From: Salinispira sp.
GTDB lineage: Bacteria; Spirochaetota; Spirochaetia; DSM-27196; Salinispiraceae
NCBI GenBank assembly: GCA_965226555.1
Contig: CBDDDG010000010.1
Span: forward strand, 288,001 to 352,000
Reading direction: 5' to 3'
DNA length: 64,000 nucleotides
Shown here: one piece after another, positions 43,471 through 54,363 of the stretch
Numbering within the stretch: the first letter of the stretch is position 1
Layout of the letters: every line of letters begins with the position of its first letter
The notes under the pieces: generated by a model
What the model was told of the DNA's origin: nothing
The model's database searches: none
What the model saw: only the letters and a program-made list of their open reading frames with translations
Made by a program: the position numbers and the translations under genes

Positions 43471-45086
43471 CAACTTCGGCTATTATCGGTATTTTACTCC
43501 CGCCCATTCTCGGGGCAATTATCGGATATGTTACCAATGCTCTTGCCATCCGCATGCTCTTTCGACCGCTTACCCGAAAATATCTCTTCGGACGCATCCC
43601 CATTCCCTTCACGCCGGGAATCATTCCCCGGCAGCGGGAAAGGCTCGCCCACAGCATTGCCCGCATGGTAAGCGCGAATCTTTTTAACGCCGAGATAATT
43701 ATCGAACACCTCCATAAGGCTGATTTTCAAGCAATGCTCCGCGCCCGAATTACCGAACTCCTTAATCCCTTTACGGATACCGCCAATTTTCCCGAGCTAT
43801 CCACAGAGTTGCGCAAAGAGCTGCCCCCAAAGCTGTCCAACGAGGAAAGAATATCCCGCATCCGGCGGCGCATAAACAGCGTTGAAGAGCTCCTTATGCC
43901 CATTCTTGAAGCGCCGGCAGGAAAAATTCTCATGACGAACATTCTTCATTTTGCCGGAGATCGGATCGGCAGGCTCAATATAAACACTCTGTTTCAATCT
44001 GATATAAACGGAGGCGGCAACCTTATGGAATATGTTCGTCTTCATCTGGCGGGAAGGGGGGGACGTCGATGTATTCTAGCAGCCGTATTCTGGCTGAGGA
44101 AGCAGGAAACGGATAATGTTCCCATTGAAAAAATTTTCCCTCATACGCAGCTGAACCGGGCAATACTATCCTTCGACAGTTGGTATATTCCTGCCATCCA
44201 TTTCATACTTGAATTTCTCCGCAAACCGGAAGTTCAGCGTGAGCTCATTAAGCGGGGTAAACACATCCTTTCCGACATTCTCATACAACTGACTCCTGTT
44301 CAGAGAATAATGATCAGCATCGGTCAGTATGACAGAATGTTGGAAGAAAAAATGCCGTCAATTATCAAAAACCTCATAAGCACTCTGGAAGATACTCTCC
44401 GCTCGCGGGAAAACAGAAAAAAGATATTGAATGCCGTTCACGAATTTCTTCAACGCACTGTCAAACAGGGCCTGAGAGATATTGAGCGGGAGTACGGGTT
44501 CAAGATCAGCCGGAGTGCCTATCGTCTGCTTCTTCGCATTCGGGAACTCTTATTGAGTGAGATGTTTACGGAAGATTCTGCCGATTCTGCCGATCCGTCC
44601 GATTCTGCCGATCCGTCCGATTCTGCCGATCATTTTGCTAGTCGATTTTCGAAACTCACTATTAATTCGCTCCTGAATTCCTGGAGCGGACAATCGCTGA
44701 GCGCACTTTTTATGAATATCTACCAGAGCTTTATGAACCGTGCAAAAAATCCGCCTCAGTGGGAAGCCTTCAAGGCGAAACTGACTGCCCTTATCGCAGC
44801 CGTGCGCCCCGACCCCGCCGCCGCGGACGCAGCCGACACCCCCGACCCCGCTGAACCAATTGCAGGCGCCCTTACCTCAGTTATGACGCGGGCGCTTCCT
44901 CAGATTATTGACCATCTCCATATCTATCGGCTGGTCTCCGACCGTATTAATGCGCTTGATGCGGAAGAAGTGGAGGGGCTTATTCTGGGGGTAGTGGCAG
45001 ATCATCTGAAATACATTAATGTTTTCGGGGCAATTCTCGGATCCCTCATCGGCGCAATTCAACTATTGTCCTCGCTTCTCCCGTAG
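43467..45086 (+). CDS. DUF445-family membrane protein
   Basis: GAIIGYVTNALAIRMLFRP, FTPGIIPR, HLKYINVFGAILG. Confidence 0.9.
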   Translation: MTTSAIIGILLPPILGAIIGYVTNALAIRMLFRPLTRKYLFGRIPIPFTPGIIPRQRERLAHSIARMVSANLFNAEIIIEHLHKADFQAMLRARITELLNPFTDTANFPELSTELRKELPPKLSNEERISRIRRRINSVEELLMPILEAPAGKILMTNILHFAGDRIGRLNINTLFQSDINGGGNLMEYVRLHLAGRGGRRCILAAVFWLRKQETDNVPIEKIFPHTQLNRAILSFDSWYIPAIHFILEFLRKPEVQRELIKRGKHILSDILIQLTPVQRIMISIGQYDRMLEEKMPSIIKNLISTLEDTLRSRENRKKILNAVHEFLQRTVKQGLRDIEREYGFKISRSAYRLLLRIRELLLSEMFTEDSADSADPSDSADPSDSADHFASRFSKLTINSLLNSWSGQSLSALFMNIYQSFMNRAKNPPQWEAFKAKLTALIAAVRPDPAAADAADTPDPAEPIAGALTSVMTRALPQIIDHLHIYRLVSDRINALDAEEVEGLILGVVADHLKYINVFGAILGSLIGAIQLLSSLLP

Positions 45087-45087
45087 A

Positions 45088-46423
45088 TCAGATGTCGGCC
45101 GGCAGGCACATGGTGAACACCGTTCCGCTGCCGACCTCGCTATCTACCGAAATTGTACCGCCGTGTACCTGTATAATATGCTTTACAATCGCCAGTCCCA
45201 AACCGCTTCCATCTGTTGCCTCCGCAATATCTACCCGATAAAAACGCTCAAAAAGGCGGGGAAGGTATCGTTGGGGAATGCCCGGTCCGTTATCCTTAAT
45301 CTGAATTTCCACCAATTCCGATACAAGACGCACAGTAATCCACACTTCAACAGCGCTTCCTCCATATTGCATGGCGTTATTCATAAGATTATCGATAATT
45401 TGTTCAAAAAGCGCAGGACTGATCTGGAGCTTCGGATTGTCGTGTATGGAGACATGTACGGGAAGTTGCGCAAGTTTCGGACTATTCCGCATATTTTCCA
45501 GGCTTTTTTGAATAATTTCCTCAATGTTGATGCTAATGAAACGCATCATATCCGCATTGCGATGCTGCCCCTCCAGCCGTTCGTCTTTCGTCCTGCTCCT
45601 CCTGCTGCTCAATTTTTGATAAAATAAGCAGGTCTGAGATAATTTTTTTCATCTTGAGGGAATTATTCAGAATAATTCTGGTAAAGGCATGCAGAGATTC
45701 CCCGTCTTCCATGGCTCCATCGAGAATACTTTCGGAAAATCCCTGTATCGCAGTAATTGGTGTTCTCAATTCATGAGAAACATTTGCAACAAAATCTTTC
45801 CGAACCTGTTCAAGACGGCTAATTGCGGTAATGTCGCTCAGCACAATGAGAATGCGGGGCTCGGGAGTATCGGCAGGGTCAATGAATACTCCGTTCACGT
45901 GCAGACTTCGGGGATGATCCTGATCCCATATCTGAATTCGGGCAGTATTCGGAGCCTGTTTGTGTATGAGATTTTCAGTGAAGGCGCTAAAACTCGAATT
46001 GCGGAAAACATCAATAATGCTTCGTCCCCTGCATGAGGGGGGCTGCTCGCTCATTGAGAAAAATTCCAGGGCCTGTTCGTTTACGATAAGAATACGTTCA
46101 TTCATATCAATAACGGCAACCCCTTCCTTCATGTTCTCAAGAATACTCTCAAGTTCTTCAATCCGCTGCCTGAGTGCATTCAAATCTGATCGTTCAATTT
46201 CTCTGCGGATGGAATCGGCGCGCTCCTTCGCGCTCATAATGTTTCCGATAAGGAAATTCATAAGAACGGAGATCAGGATCGCTACCGGCATGGTAATGAG
46301 GAGAGTGAGAAGAGGCAGGGCTGAAACAGTACGTTCCATTCTGTACGAAATGAGGTGAATAACACATGCAAGCACAGTGTTGGCAGTGAGAATAATGAGA
46401 AAAATTGTGCGTCGGTCATTCAT
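45088..46423 (-). CDS. PhoR-like PAS sensor histidine kinase (frameshift near 45610)
   Basis: FVANVSHELRTPIT, NLMNNAMQY, DNGPGI, FERFYRVD, GSGLGL split over two frames. Confidence 0.88.
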
Positions 46424-46636
46424 GGCTTTATTGCAAAACTTTCTGATATTATTACGGTTTTAGCGGAGCATTGCAATGGTACAAACAATTTTGTTCTTTT
46501 TTGAGCGTACATTTTTCTTGAATGTTGACTGGAATATTGATATATATTTAATGTATACTGCCAATGAGTCCGCACTGCGCTCATGCATGGTGAAAGTACC
46601 CATGCGCAATGAAGCGCAGGACTCATATTTTTATAA

Positions 46637-46762
46637 CAAAGTTTTGCATTTTGCAAAACTTTCTATAAAATAGGAGAATGCTAAGCACAAAGAAAGCATT
46701 CCAGATCGGAAACTTTTGCTACTGGAAATTGTGCAAGCACAATTTTCCAATGCAAAAGTTTC
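46637..46762 (+). repeat. ~125-bp repeat module, copy 4
   Basis: Near-identical to 646-772; ends 2 bp before SD TAAGGAG. Confidence 0.92.
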
Positions 46763-46783
46763 TATAAGGAGAATAGTAAAATA

Positions 46784-48886
46784 ATGTGTAATTGTAATCC
46801 ACTACGAAAAGTACGGGGGAAGTTTCCTGTGTTAGTTGTCATAAGCGTGGTTCTCGCAGCCTTACTTACCGGATGTCCAATGCCGGAACCCAATATGGGG
46901 GGGGGGTAATGTAAGCCCGCCGGGCACAATGGATGCCCCAACTCTTGAAGCGGGAGATGAGCAACTCATTGCAACATGGACTGCGCCAACAAACACCGGC
47001 GGCAGCGCCATTACCGGCTATGAACTGCAATATAGCTCAGACGGCGGAACCACATGGTCGGTCCTCCTATTGAAGTCGCCGCGCCAGCCGCAAAGACCAT
47101 CATCACCGGACTGATCAACGGCAGCAGTTATGAAGTACAGGTACGCGCCGTCAACGCGCAGGGCGCAGGCGGCTGGTCGGACAGCGCATTAGCAAGCCCT
47201 GTTGCCGTTCCCCATGCTCCGAACGCTCCCGGGCTTACCCCGGAAAATAGTCAACTAACAGTTTATTGGGCTGCGCCGACCGATAACGGCGGAAGCGCCA
47301 TTACCGGCTATGAGCTGCAATATAGACAATATAGCTCAGACGGCGGAACCACATGGTCGGATCCTCCTATTGAAGTTGCCGCGCCAGCCACAAAGACCGT
47401 CATTACCGGCCTGAGCAACGGCAGCAGTTATGAAGTACAGGTACGCGCCGTCAACGCGCAGGGCGCAGGCGGCTGGTCGGACAGCGCATTAGCAAGCCCT
47501 GTTGCCGTTCCCCATGCTCCCGACTTGCCAAGCCTCACCGTGGAAAATGAGCAACTTCGCATTTCATGGGCAGCGCCGACCAACACCGGCGGCAGCGACA
47601 TTACCGGCTATGACCTGCGCTACGCACTAAACAATTCACCCCTGCCGGACGATCCGCAAATTAGCAACACAAGCAATACCTCTCATACCATTATGCAACT
47701 GGAAATTGGCAGCCGCTACACCGTACAGGTGCGCGGCATCAACGCTGAGGGCAGGGGTCCGTGGTCAGAATCCGCAACGAAAACATTCCCGCTCATTGCG
47801 ACACAGGTGCCGGAGGGTACAGAGGTCTTTGTCATTCTTTCGACTGTTGACAACGCAATTGCCAATGCCGCAAACCCAAACATTACTGTGGTTCCAGTTA
47901 CTTCCCCGGCATCAACGGTCGTCTTGCCGACAATTGATGCGGCTACCGGAATTATTATGGTTACCGCAAGCACAAGCCCCGGAACATATACGGTATCGGG
48001 CGCAGACGGAGGAATCGAACTGTTTGACCCCGAAGAGTTCTCTGTTACCCTGAGTCCTCCTACTAACGCTGAACTGAAAACAGCGGTAACTAATGGAATA
48101 TCAAACTGGGGACAAACTGCCGACCTCAACTACATTCTTACTACGGCAATAACGGACATGTCCGAAGTGTTCAAAGATAAAACCGCATTCAATGGAAATA
48201 TCTCGGGCTGGACTGTCAGCGCTGTAACGGATATGTCGGAAATGTTCAATAACGCAGACGCATTCAATCGTGATCTTAATAATTGGAATGTCAGTGCGGT
48301 AACGGATATGTCGGAGATGTTCAGGGACACAAACTCATTCAATGGCAATATCTCCAGCTGGACTGTCAGTGCGGTAACGAATATGTCGGAAATGTTCAAT
48401 AACGCAGACGCATTCAATCGTGATCTTAATAATTGGAATGTCAGTGCGGTAACGGATATGTCGGAGATGTTCAGGGACACAAACTCATTCAATGGCAATA
48501 TCTCCAGCTGGACTGTCAGCGCGGTAACGAATATGTTCGGAATGTTCAATAACACAGCTGCATTCAATGGCGATATCTCCGGTTGGGATGTCAGCTCGGT
48601 AACGAATATGTCGGGGATGTTCGCTAACACAGGCGCATTCAATGGCGACATCTCGGGCTGGGATGTCAGTAAGGTAACGACTATGGCCAATATGTTCCAG
48701 GGCGCAAGCGCATTCAATCAGAATCTTACTGCATGGGGCGGGACAGATGAAGGGAGCTTACGGCGTGATCCTAATGATAATAGCAAATATGGAGTAACGG
48801 TAACGGATATGTTTACGAGTTCCGGCGTTGTGGATACCGGGGGCGTGGGTGTTCCCGATTGGTATACTGCGATTATTGCCTATTAA
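46784..48886 (+). CDS. Lipoprotein with three Fn3 domains and DUF285 repeats (frameshifts at G10 46897-46906 and ~47061)
   Basis: MCNCN..LLTGC lipobox; Fn3 repeats; DUF285 repeats; paralogous to 17403-19031. Confidence 0.82.
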
Positions 48887-48891
48887 CGAGT

Positions 48892-48942
48892 TGCGCTCCA
48901 CCTCCGGCAGGCGCGGGGCTTGCGTCTCCTGCTCGCCATGCG
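48892..48942. repeat. GC-rich dispersed repeat
   Basis: TGCGCTCCACCTCCGGCAGGCGCGGGGCT directly after the DUF285 gene, as at 19057. Confidence 0.75.
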
Positions 48943-49149
48943 AGTGTGCGCTACTTATGAGACAGCCCCTTACCGGATAATCACCCTTGTGATATACACC
49001 CATAATGATCTTTTGCCCGTTATAGATGTAGAAAGAACATTTATGTGCTTAAAACGTGCACATGGGCTGAAAAAATAGAAATTTTTACATTTTTCAAAGT
49101 TTTTTCGCAAAAACTCAATCCTCACGAACATTTCACCCGTTATCCTTAT

Positions 49150-50340
49150 ATGAAGAAAAAGAAACTGAATCAGGCGGCTCATCAAAAGCCGCGAAAACAA
49201 TGGGATGAAACTCATAAGTTCCTGTTTGCCGATGCGGAGTCCATATATCAACTGCTGCAATTTGTCGATGATGACTGGATCACGGTATGTTCGCCCTGAG
49301 AACATTACGATTGTGAGCAACGAATTCATCGCTCGGGAGCTCGGAGGCAAAAAGCTGACGAAGCTCATGCGCAAAATATCGGATATCGTTGCGAAAATTT
49401 CCTTCCGCTCCGGGAACAAGAATGAAGAGAAAACCGTCTATATCATTCTGGAACATCAATCGACTGTCGATTATTCCATGAGCAGGCGCCTATTCGAATA
49501 TACCGATATGCTCGAAGCAGCGCTATCCGCAATTCGAAAACGTACCGACATCATCGGGTGTATCCCATTGTTCTGTACACGGGAATGCGGAAATGGCCGC
49601 AGATCGCGACGGAAGATACGTCGGGCGGGGATTCCTTCCGAGCGCATATCGCCAATTCTTTGAGTATCCTGTTATTGATGTGCATAGGCTCCCGCATGAG
49701 AAGATACTGAAGTTCCACGGTCGTGTGGCTGCCTATTTTTACCTTGCGCGCTACAACAAAGATTTGAAGAATGAGGATAATTGCGCTGAATTCACGAAGA
49801 ATCTTTTGAACATTCTCCAGCATGACACTGGCGAGAAGGTGAAGGAGTCCTTGCTCATTATGAGCGATGTGCTCTATAATACACACATCTCAGAGGTGAA
49901 TGTTAACGATTACACTATAAAGGAGGTAATTGATATGATCACAAAAGAAGGGATAGAAATACTGTTCCCGTGGCAACTGAGAATTTACAAAGAGGTCAAA
50001 GCCCAGGTCAATCAGGAAGTGCAGGAAGAAATGCAGGAAATGCGGCGGGAAATGCAGGAAGTCCGTCAGGAAGGGATTCAGGAATGCCGGCAGGAAGGCC
50101 GTCAGGAAGGCCGATTCGAGAAGGTCGTCAGGAAGGCCGATTCGAGAAGGCCGTCAGGAAGGACTTCAGGCAGGTCGCTCGGAGGGGCATATTGAGGAGC
50201 GGAGAAAAAACGCCCGCAGTATGTTTTCCAAAGGATTTTCAGCCCATGACATTCAGGATGTTACCGGGCTGAGCGAGGATGAAATTCGATCATTTCAGCA
50301 AAACGGCCAAAAAAACGGGCAGAAAAGCGGCAAAGAGTAA
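49150..50340 (+). pseudogene. Rpn-family nuclease/putative transposase, frameshifted
   Basis: WDETHKFLF, SDIVAK, IILEHQSTVDYSMSRRLFEY, YPIVLYTG; internal AAGGAGGT SD plus ATG 49935; RQEG repeats. Confidence 0.8.
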
Positions 50341-50376
50341 CAGCGCAGCAAACTGCGGCAGGAATTGGAGGGATCA

Positions 50377-52082
50377 ATGAAAAAATCGAAACAAAAGTGG
50401 ATGGATATCGATTGGGATATCCTGAGTCCATCAGAATTAATTGACATTCTGAAGACAAAGACCGATGTGAATGCGGCTAACGATGTCGGATTAACGGCGC
50501 TCTCGTATGCTATTTTGAATAGGAGAGACATTACCATTATCCATGCAATTCTCGAAGCCGGAGGAGATGTGAATGCCCGTGATGATAATGGCAGAACAGC
50601 TCTTATGCTTGCGTCCGGGAACAGCGAAGGCCCCGACATTGTTCGCGCCCTCATTGAGGCAGGAGCCAATGTGAATGCCGCCGATGCGATAGGCTTTACC
50701 GCCTTGGGATATGCGACTATGATCAATCAAACTCCATCTGTTATTCGCGCCCTCATTGAAGGCGGAATTAATGTGAATGCTCATGATGATAATGGCAAAA
50801 CGCCTCTTATACTTGCGGCAGGGAACAATAAAAGCCCCGACATTGTTCGCGCCCTCATTGACTGCGGAGCAGATGTGAATATTGTTGAGCATGATACGGG
50901 ACTGACAGCCCTCATGCACGCGGCTCAGCGCTCTGAAAACCCCGACATTGTTCGCGCCCTCATTGACTGCGGAGCAGATGTAAACACTATTGACTCGCAT
51001 GGCATGTCAGCTCTCGATCATGCGGCCGTATTCGGTAAAAATATCTATATAATCCATGCCATTGTTGAGGGGGGAGCCGATGTGAATGCCGCCAATGAGA
51101 ATGGACTAACAGCCTTAATTTTAGCGATTACGGCAAACGCGGATCCCGACATTATTCGCGCGCTCATTGTATGCGGGGCAGATATAAATGCCGTCGATGC
51201 GAAGGGACGGACAGCCCTCGACCACGCGCGGGAGCAAAAAAAGAAATACGCGGAGAAACTTCTTACCAAACACGGCGCAAAAAGCGGAAAAGAACTCCCC
51301 AAGGATGGCGCGCAGAAGCACAGCAAACTGCGGCAGGAATTGGAGGGATCAATGAAAAAATCGAAACAAACGTGGATGGATATCGATTGGGATAGCCTGA
51401 GTACATCAGAATTAATTGCCCGCCTGAAGGATAATGTCGATGTGAATACGGCTAACGCTTCTGGATTAACGGCGCTCTTATATGCAATTCTGGGCAATAG
51501 AGACATTAGCATTGTTCGCGCCCTCATTGAGGCCGGAGCCGATGTGAGCGCGATCAATGACTACGGCGTAACAGCCCTCATGGCGCGGCAACAAACGCCA
51601 AGACCCCCGCTCTTATCCACACCCTCATTGAGGCCGGAGCCGATGTGAATGCGGTCAATGCGGACAACGTAACACCCCTCATGTGCGGGGCGGCGAGCAA
51701 TGGAAGGGTCTCTGTTATTCGCGCGCTCATTGAGGCCGGAGCCGATGTGAATGCGGTTGATTTAAACGACATGTCACCCCTCATGGGCGCGGCTGTGCGC
51801 AATAAGAACCCCGCTGTTATTCACGCGCTCATTAAGGCCGGAGCCAATGTGAATGCCTCCATCAAAGGTATAGGATTAACAGTTCTCATGATCGCGGCTA
51901 AAAACGCCGAAGACCCCTCTATTATGTACACGCTCCTTGAGGACGACGCCGATGTGAATGCAACCGATAACAAAGGATGGACAGTCCTCGACCACGCGCT
52001 AAAACAAAAAAAGGAGAGCGAGGTGCGGCTTCTCAGGGAGTTCGGAGCCAAACGCGGAAAGGAGCTCCGCAAAACAGACTAA
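50377..52082 (+). CDS. Ankyrin-repeat protein made of two fused paralogous units (frameshift ~51585)
   Basis: Repeated GADVNA.D..G.TALM motifs; second MKKSKQ start with its own SD at 51352. Confidence 0.88.
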
Positions 52083-52159
52083 GGAATATCTCATATGCAA
52101 TTATGAACAATGAAGACATTCCTGCTATCCGCCTCCTCATTGTGGACGGCGCGGGGCTG

Positions 52160-52250
52160 TGAAGCGCAGCAAACTGCGGCAGGGAACAGCGCAAACCCCG
52201 ACATTATTCGCGTCCTCATTGAACTCGGAGGAGAAATAAATGCGAAACAC
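52160..52250 (+). pseudogene. Third ankyrin-unit relic
   Basis: CAGCAAACTGCGGCAGG leader fused to GNSANPDIIRVLIELGGEINAK; abuts the IS3 remnant. Confidence 0.6.
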
Positions 52251-52783
52251 CCGCGGAGACTTCTTCTGGGATGTATTGCTCATTGTTGTTCGCGGGCGAT
52301 ATGCCTTCGTTCTCCCCGCATTGAGCCCCGATTCCCTCATAAGCCGGGCGACTCGGTTCCTCCCGATTGCTTCACCATGAAGATGCAGCAGCATGTCCGG
52401 TCTGCTTCAGCTGCTCAATTCCTCGATACTTCATTTCAGGCTCTCCTTTCTGCAAAAAAAACCATTGCATCATTGAGTATTGCCACCGCCTTTTTCTCGG
52501 CGCGCAGTTCCTTTCTCAATCGTTTGTTCTCGGCCAGGGCTTCCTGAAGTTCCCGAAACTCGGGACCTTTCTGGTCGTTCCGAACCCATTTCGCGAGGGT
52601 ATGATAACTTGCTATACCCAGCTTTTCCGTCGCCTGCTTCGTGCCAATTTCTTTGGCAAGCTCCACAGCCTGTTCCTTAAAATCCTCAGCATAGAATTTT
52701 CTGACTTTCCGTGTTTCCATAACACTCTCCTCTCCCTATAGTATCGTGCTTAGAAGAGTGTCCGTTAAATCGAAGCAAGATCA
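52250..52783 (-). mobile_element. IS3-family remnant (left IR, orfA, truncated orfB)
   Basis: End TGATCTTGCTTCGATTTAACGGACAC; orfB fragment IGRNRVARLMRESGL. Confidence 0.8.
52436..52720 (-). CDS. IS3-family transposase OrfA
   Basis: FYAEDFKEQAVEL HTH and coiled coil ENKRLRKE..IL. Confidence 0.8.
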   Translation of the reverse strand: METRKVRKFYAEDFKEQAVELAKEIGTKQATEKLGIASYHTLAKWVRNDQKGPEFRELQEALAENKRLRKELRAEKKAVAILNDAMVFFAERRA

Positions 52784-52829
52784 ACCTCACATACCAGTTC
52801 CTTCAGGAATGCTCAGATATTCCGGGACT

Positions 52830-53558
52830 TCATATATTCATATTAATGCGGGAAATAAGCGCAGCCTCATATTCCTCGGCAATGCCGGCATAGCCGCGCC
52901 GGAGAAAAAGCGGATAGCGGAGGGCATATTCATGGAGGAGCACGGAAAGAAAGCTGTTTCGCGTGAAGGGAAGCGGGAGCAGATCGTTGAGGGCGGTAAT
53001 GGAGTACGTGCGTATGCTATTATTCGGCAGATGGGGGGCAGCAACAATATTCATGCCCAATCCGATAACGAGGGTCCGGCATGCGCCATCTAAAAAACGG
53101 GATTCGCTCAGTATGCCCCCAACCTTCTTTCCTTCAATGAAGATATCATTCGGCCATTTTATCTTCACTCGCGCGCCAGCATCAGCACCGACATCGGCAT
53201 TAGCATCGGCATCAGCACCGACATCGGCATCAGCGCGGGCACGGCGGCAAGCAGCAACCGCGGCAAGTGCCATGAGCTGCGTAAACCCTTCGGGAAGCAG
53301 ACCCTGCGGAGGGTCTTTTTCAATCAGGCTCATGTAAAGATTTCCCCGGACAGAAGAATTCCACTGCCTCTGCCGCCGTCCTCTGCCCGCCGTCTGTACA
53401 GTACTCACAATGACACTATGGTGATCCAGCTCCGCTATTCTTTCCAGCGCGTAGGTATTTGTGGAGTCCACTTCATTGAGAAAAACAGGAACAAAACCCG
53501 GCGGGAGCGGAGGCCCTGGCGGAGCCGACGTCGGAGACGGGAGCTCAGGGGGGGTCAT
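52830..53558 (-). CDS. birA: Biotin-[acetyl-CoA-carboxylase] ligase
   Basis: VDSTN, QTAGRGR, IKWPND, KVGGIL; Ala/Asp repeat insert. Confidence 0.9.
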   Translation of the reverse strand: MTPPELPSPTSAPPGPPLPPGFVPVFLNEVDSTNTYALERIAELDHHSVIVSTVQTAGRGRRQRQWNSSVRGNLYMSLIEKDPPQGLLPEGFTQLMALAAVAACRRARADADVGADADANADVGADAGARVKIKWPNDIFIEGKKVGGILSESRFLDGACRTLVIGLGMNIVAAPHLPNNSIRTYSITALNDLLPLPFTRNSFLSVLLHEYALRYPLFLRRGYAGIAEEYEAALISRINMNI

Positions 53559-54363
53559 TAAGCGACCAGTCGTAATCGTAGCGCACAGGAGCATCTGAAA
53601 CATCCTGCCGCTCAAGAAGATCGGCAAGATCCCGATATGAGGATATATAATTGAGAATTGCTGCCTTCTCATCGCCGAAATCTTCCGCGTACCAGTTGAA
53701 GATGGAACTAATAACAAGATTCCGTCCTCTCAGCGACACTCCCCGCGGATGATTCAGATAGGTGAAGGTCGCCTGCTCCAGAATGGTTTCTGAGTTTTCG
53801 GCAGTGAGAACCTTCGCGGGAATGTCCGGACAGCCGATGCTGGCGCAGTTAACCACAAAATGTATGCGCGGATCCTTCCAGCGGGGGCGGAGAATGCGGT
53901 GTTCAATATCGTTCAGGCTGATGTTCTCGCCTGCAACCATAAGAAGCTTTTCATCCCATGGTTCCGAAATGCGGCGGATGCTCTCAACCGGATATTCCCG
54001 GAGAATGAGCTGTACCGTAGCGGCATTATAGAGATTAACCCAAAAAGCAAACTGCTCGTCAGGGTTAAGCGAATCGACATTGCTGTTCTCAAGGTATTGA
54101 ATGTAGCGGCCAAGCGCAGTTCGGTCGGAGGGGGTTACATCCGCATATCGAATTTTTGCGACATTGTCGGCGGTATCAACAATTCGATATGTATTGAGAA
54201 AATTCTGCAATGGCTCATGGTCAATTTTTTCAGCGCTGTCCGCATCGAACAGGGTCCAGCGCTCCCAGAGTTCTGCTTTGGCGCCGGCAAAAATTGAGCC
54301 TGCGCCCCCAAAAAGGAACAGACAAACGAATAGAAACAGAGTCCTGAACAAAGCCGTGATCAT
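53545..54363 (-). CDS. DUF547-domain secreted protein
   Basis: AFWVNLYNA, SLNDIEH.ILR, DPRIHFVVNCASIGCP, YDWSLN. Confidence 0.9.
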   Translation of the reverse strand: MITALFRTLFLFVCLFLFGGAGSIFAGAKAELWERWTLFDADSAEKIDHEPLQNFLNTYRIVDTADNVAKIRYADVTPSDRTALGRYIQYLENSNVDSLNPDEQFAFWVNLYNAATVQLILREYPVESIRRISEPWDEKLLMVAGENISLNDIEHRILRPRWKDPRIHFVVNCASIGCPDIPAKVLTAENSETILEQATFTYLNHPRGVSLRGRNLVISSIFNWYAEDFGDEKAAILNYISSYRDLADLLERQDVSDAPVRYDYDWSLNDPP

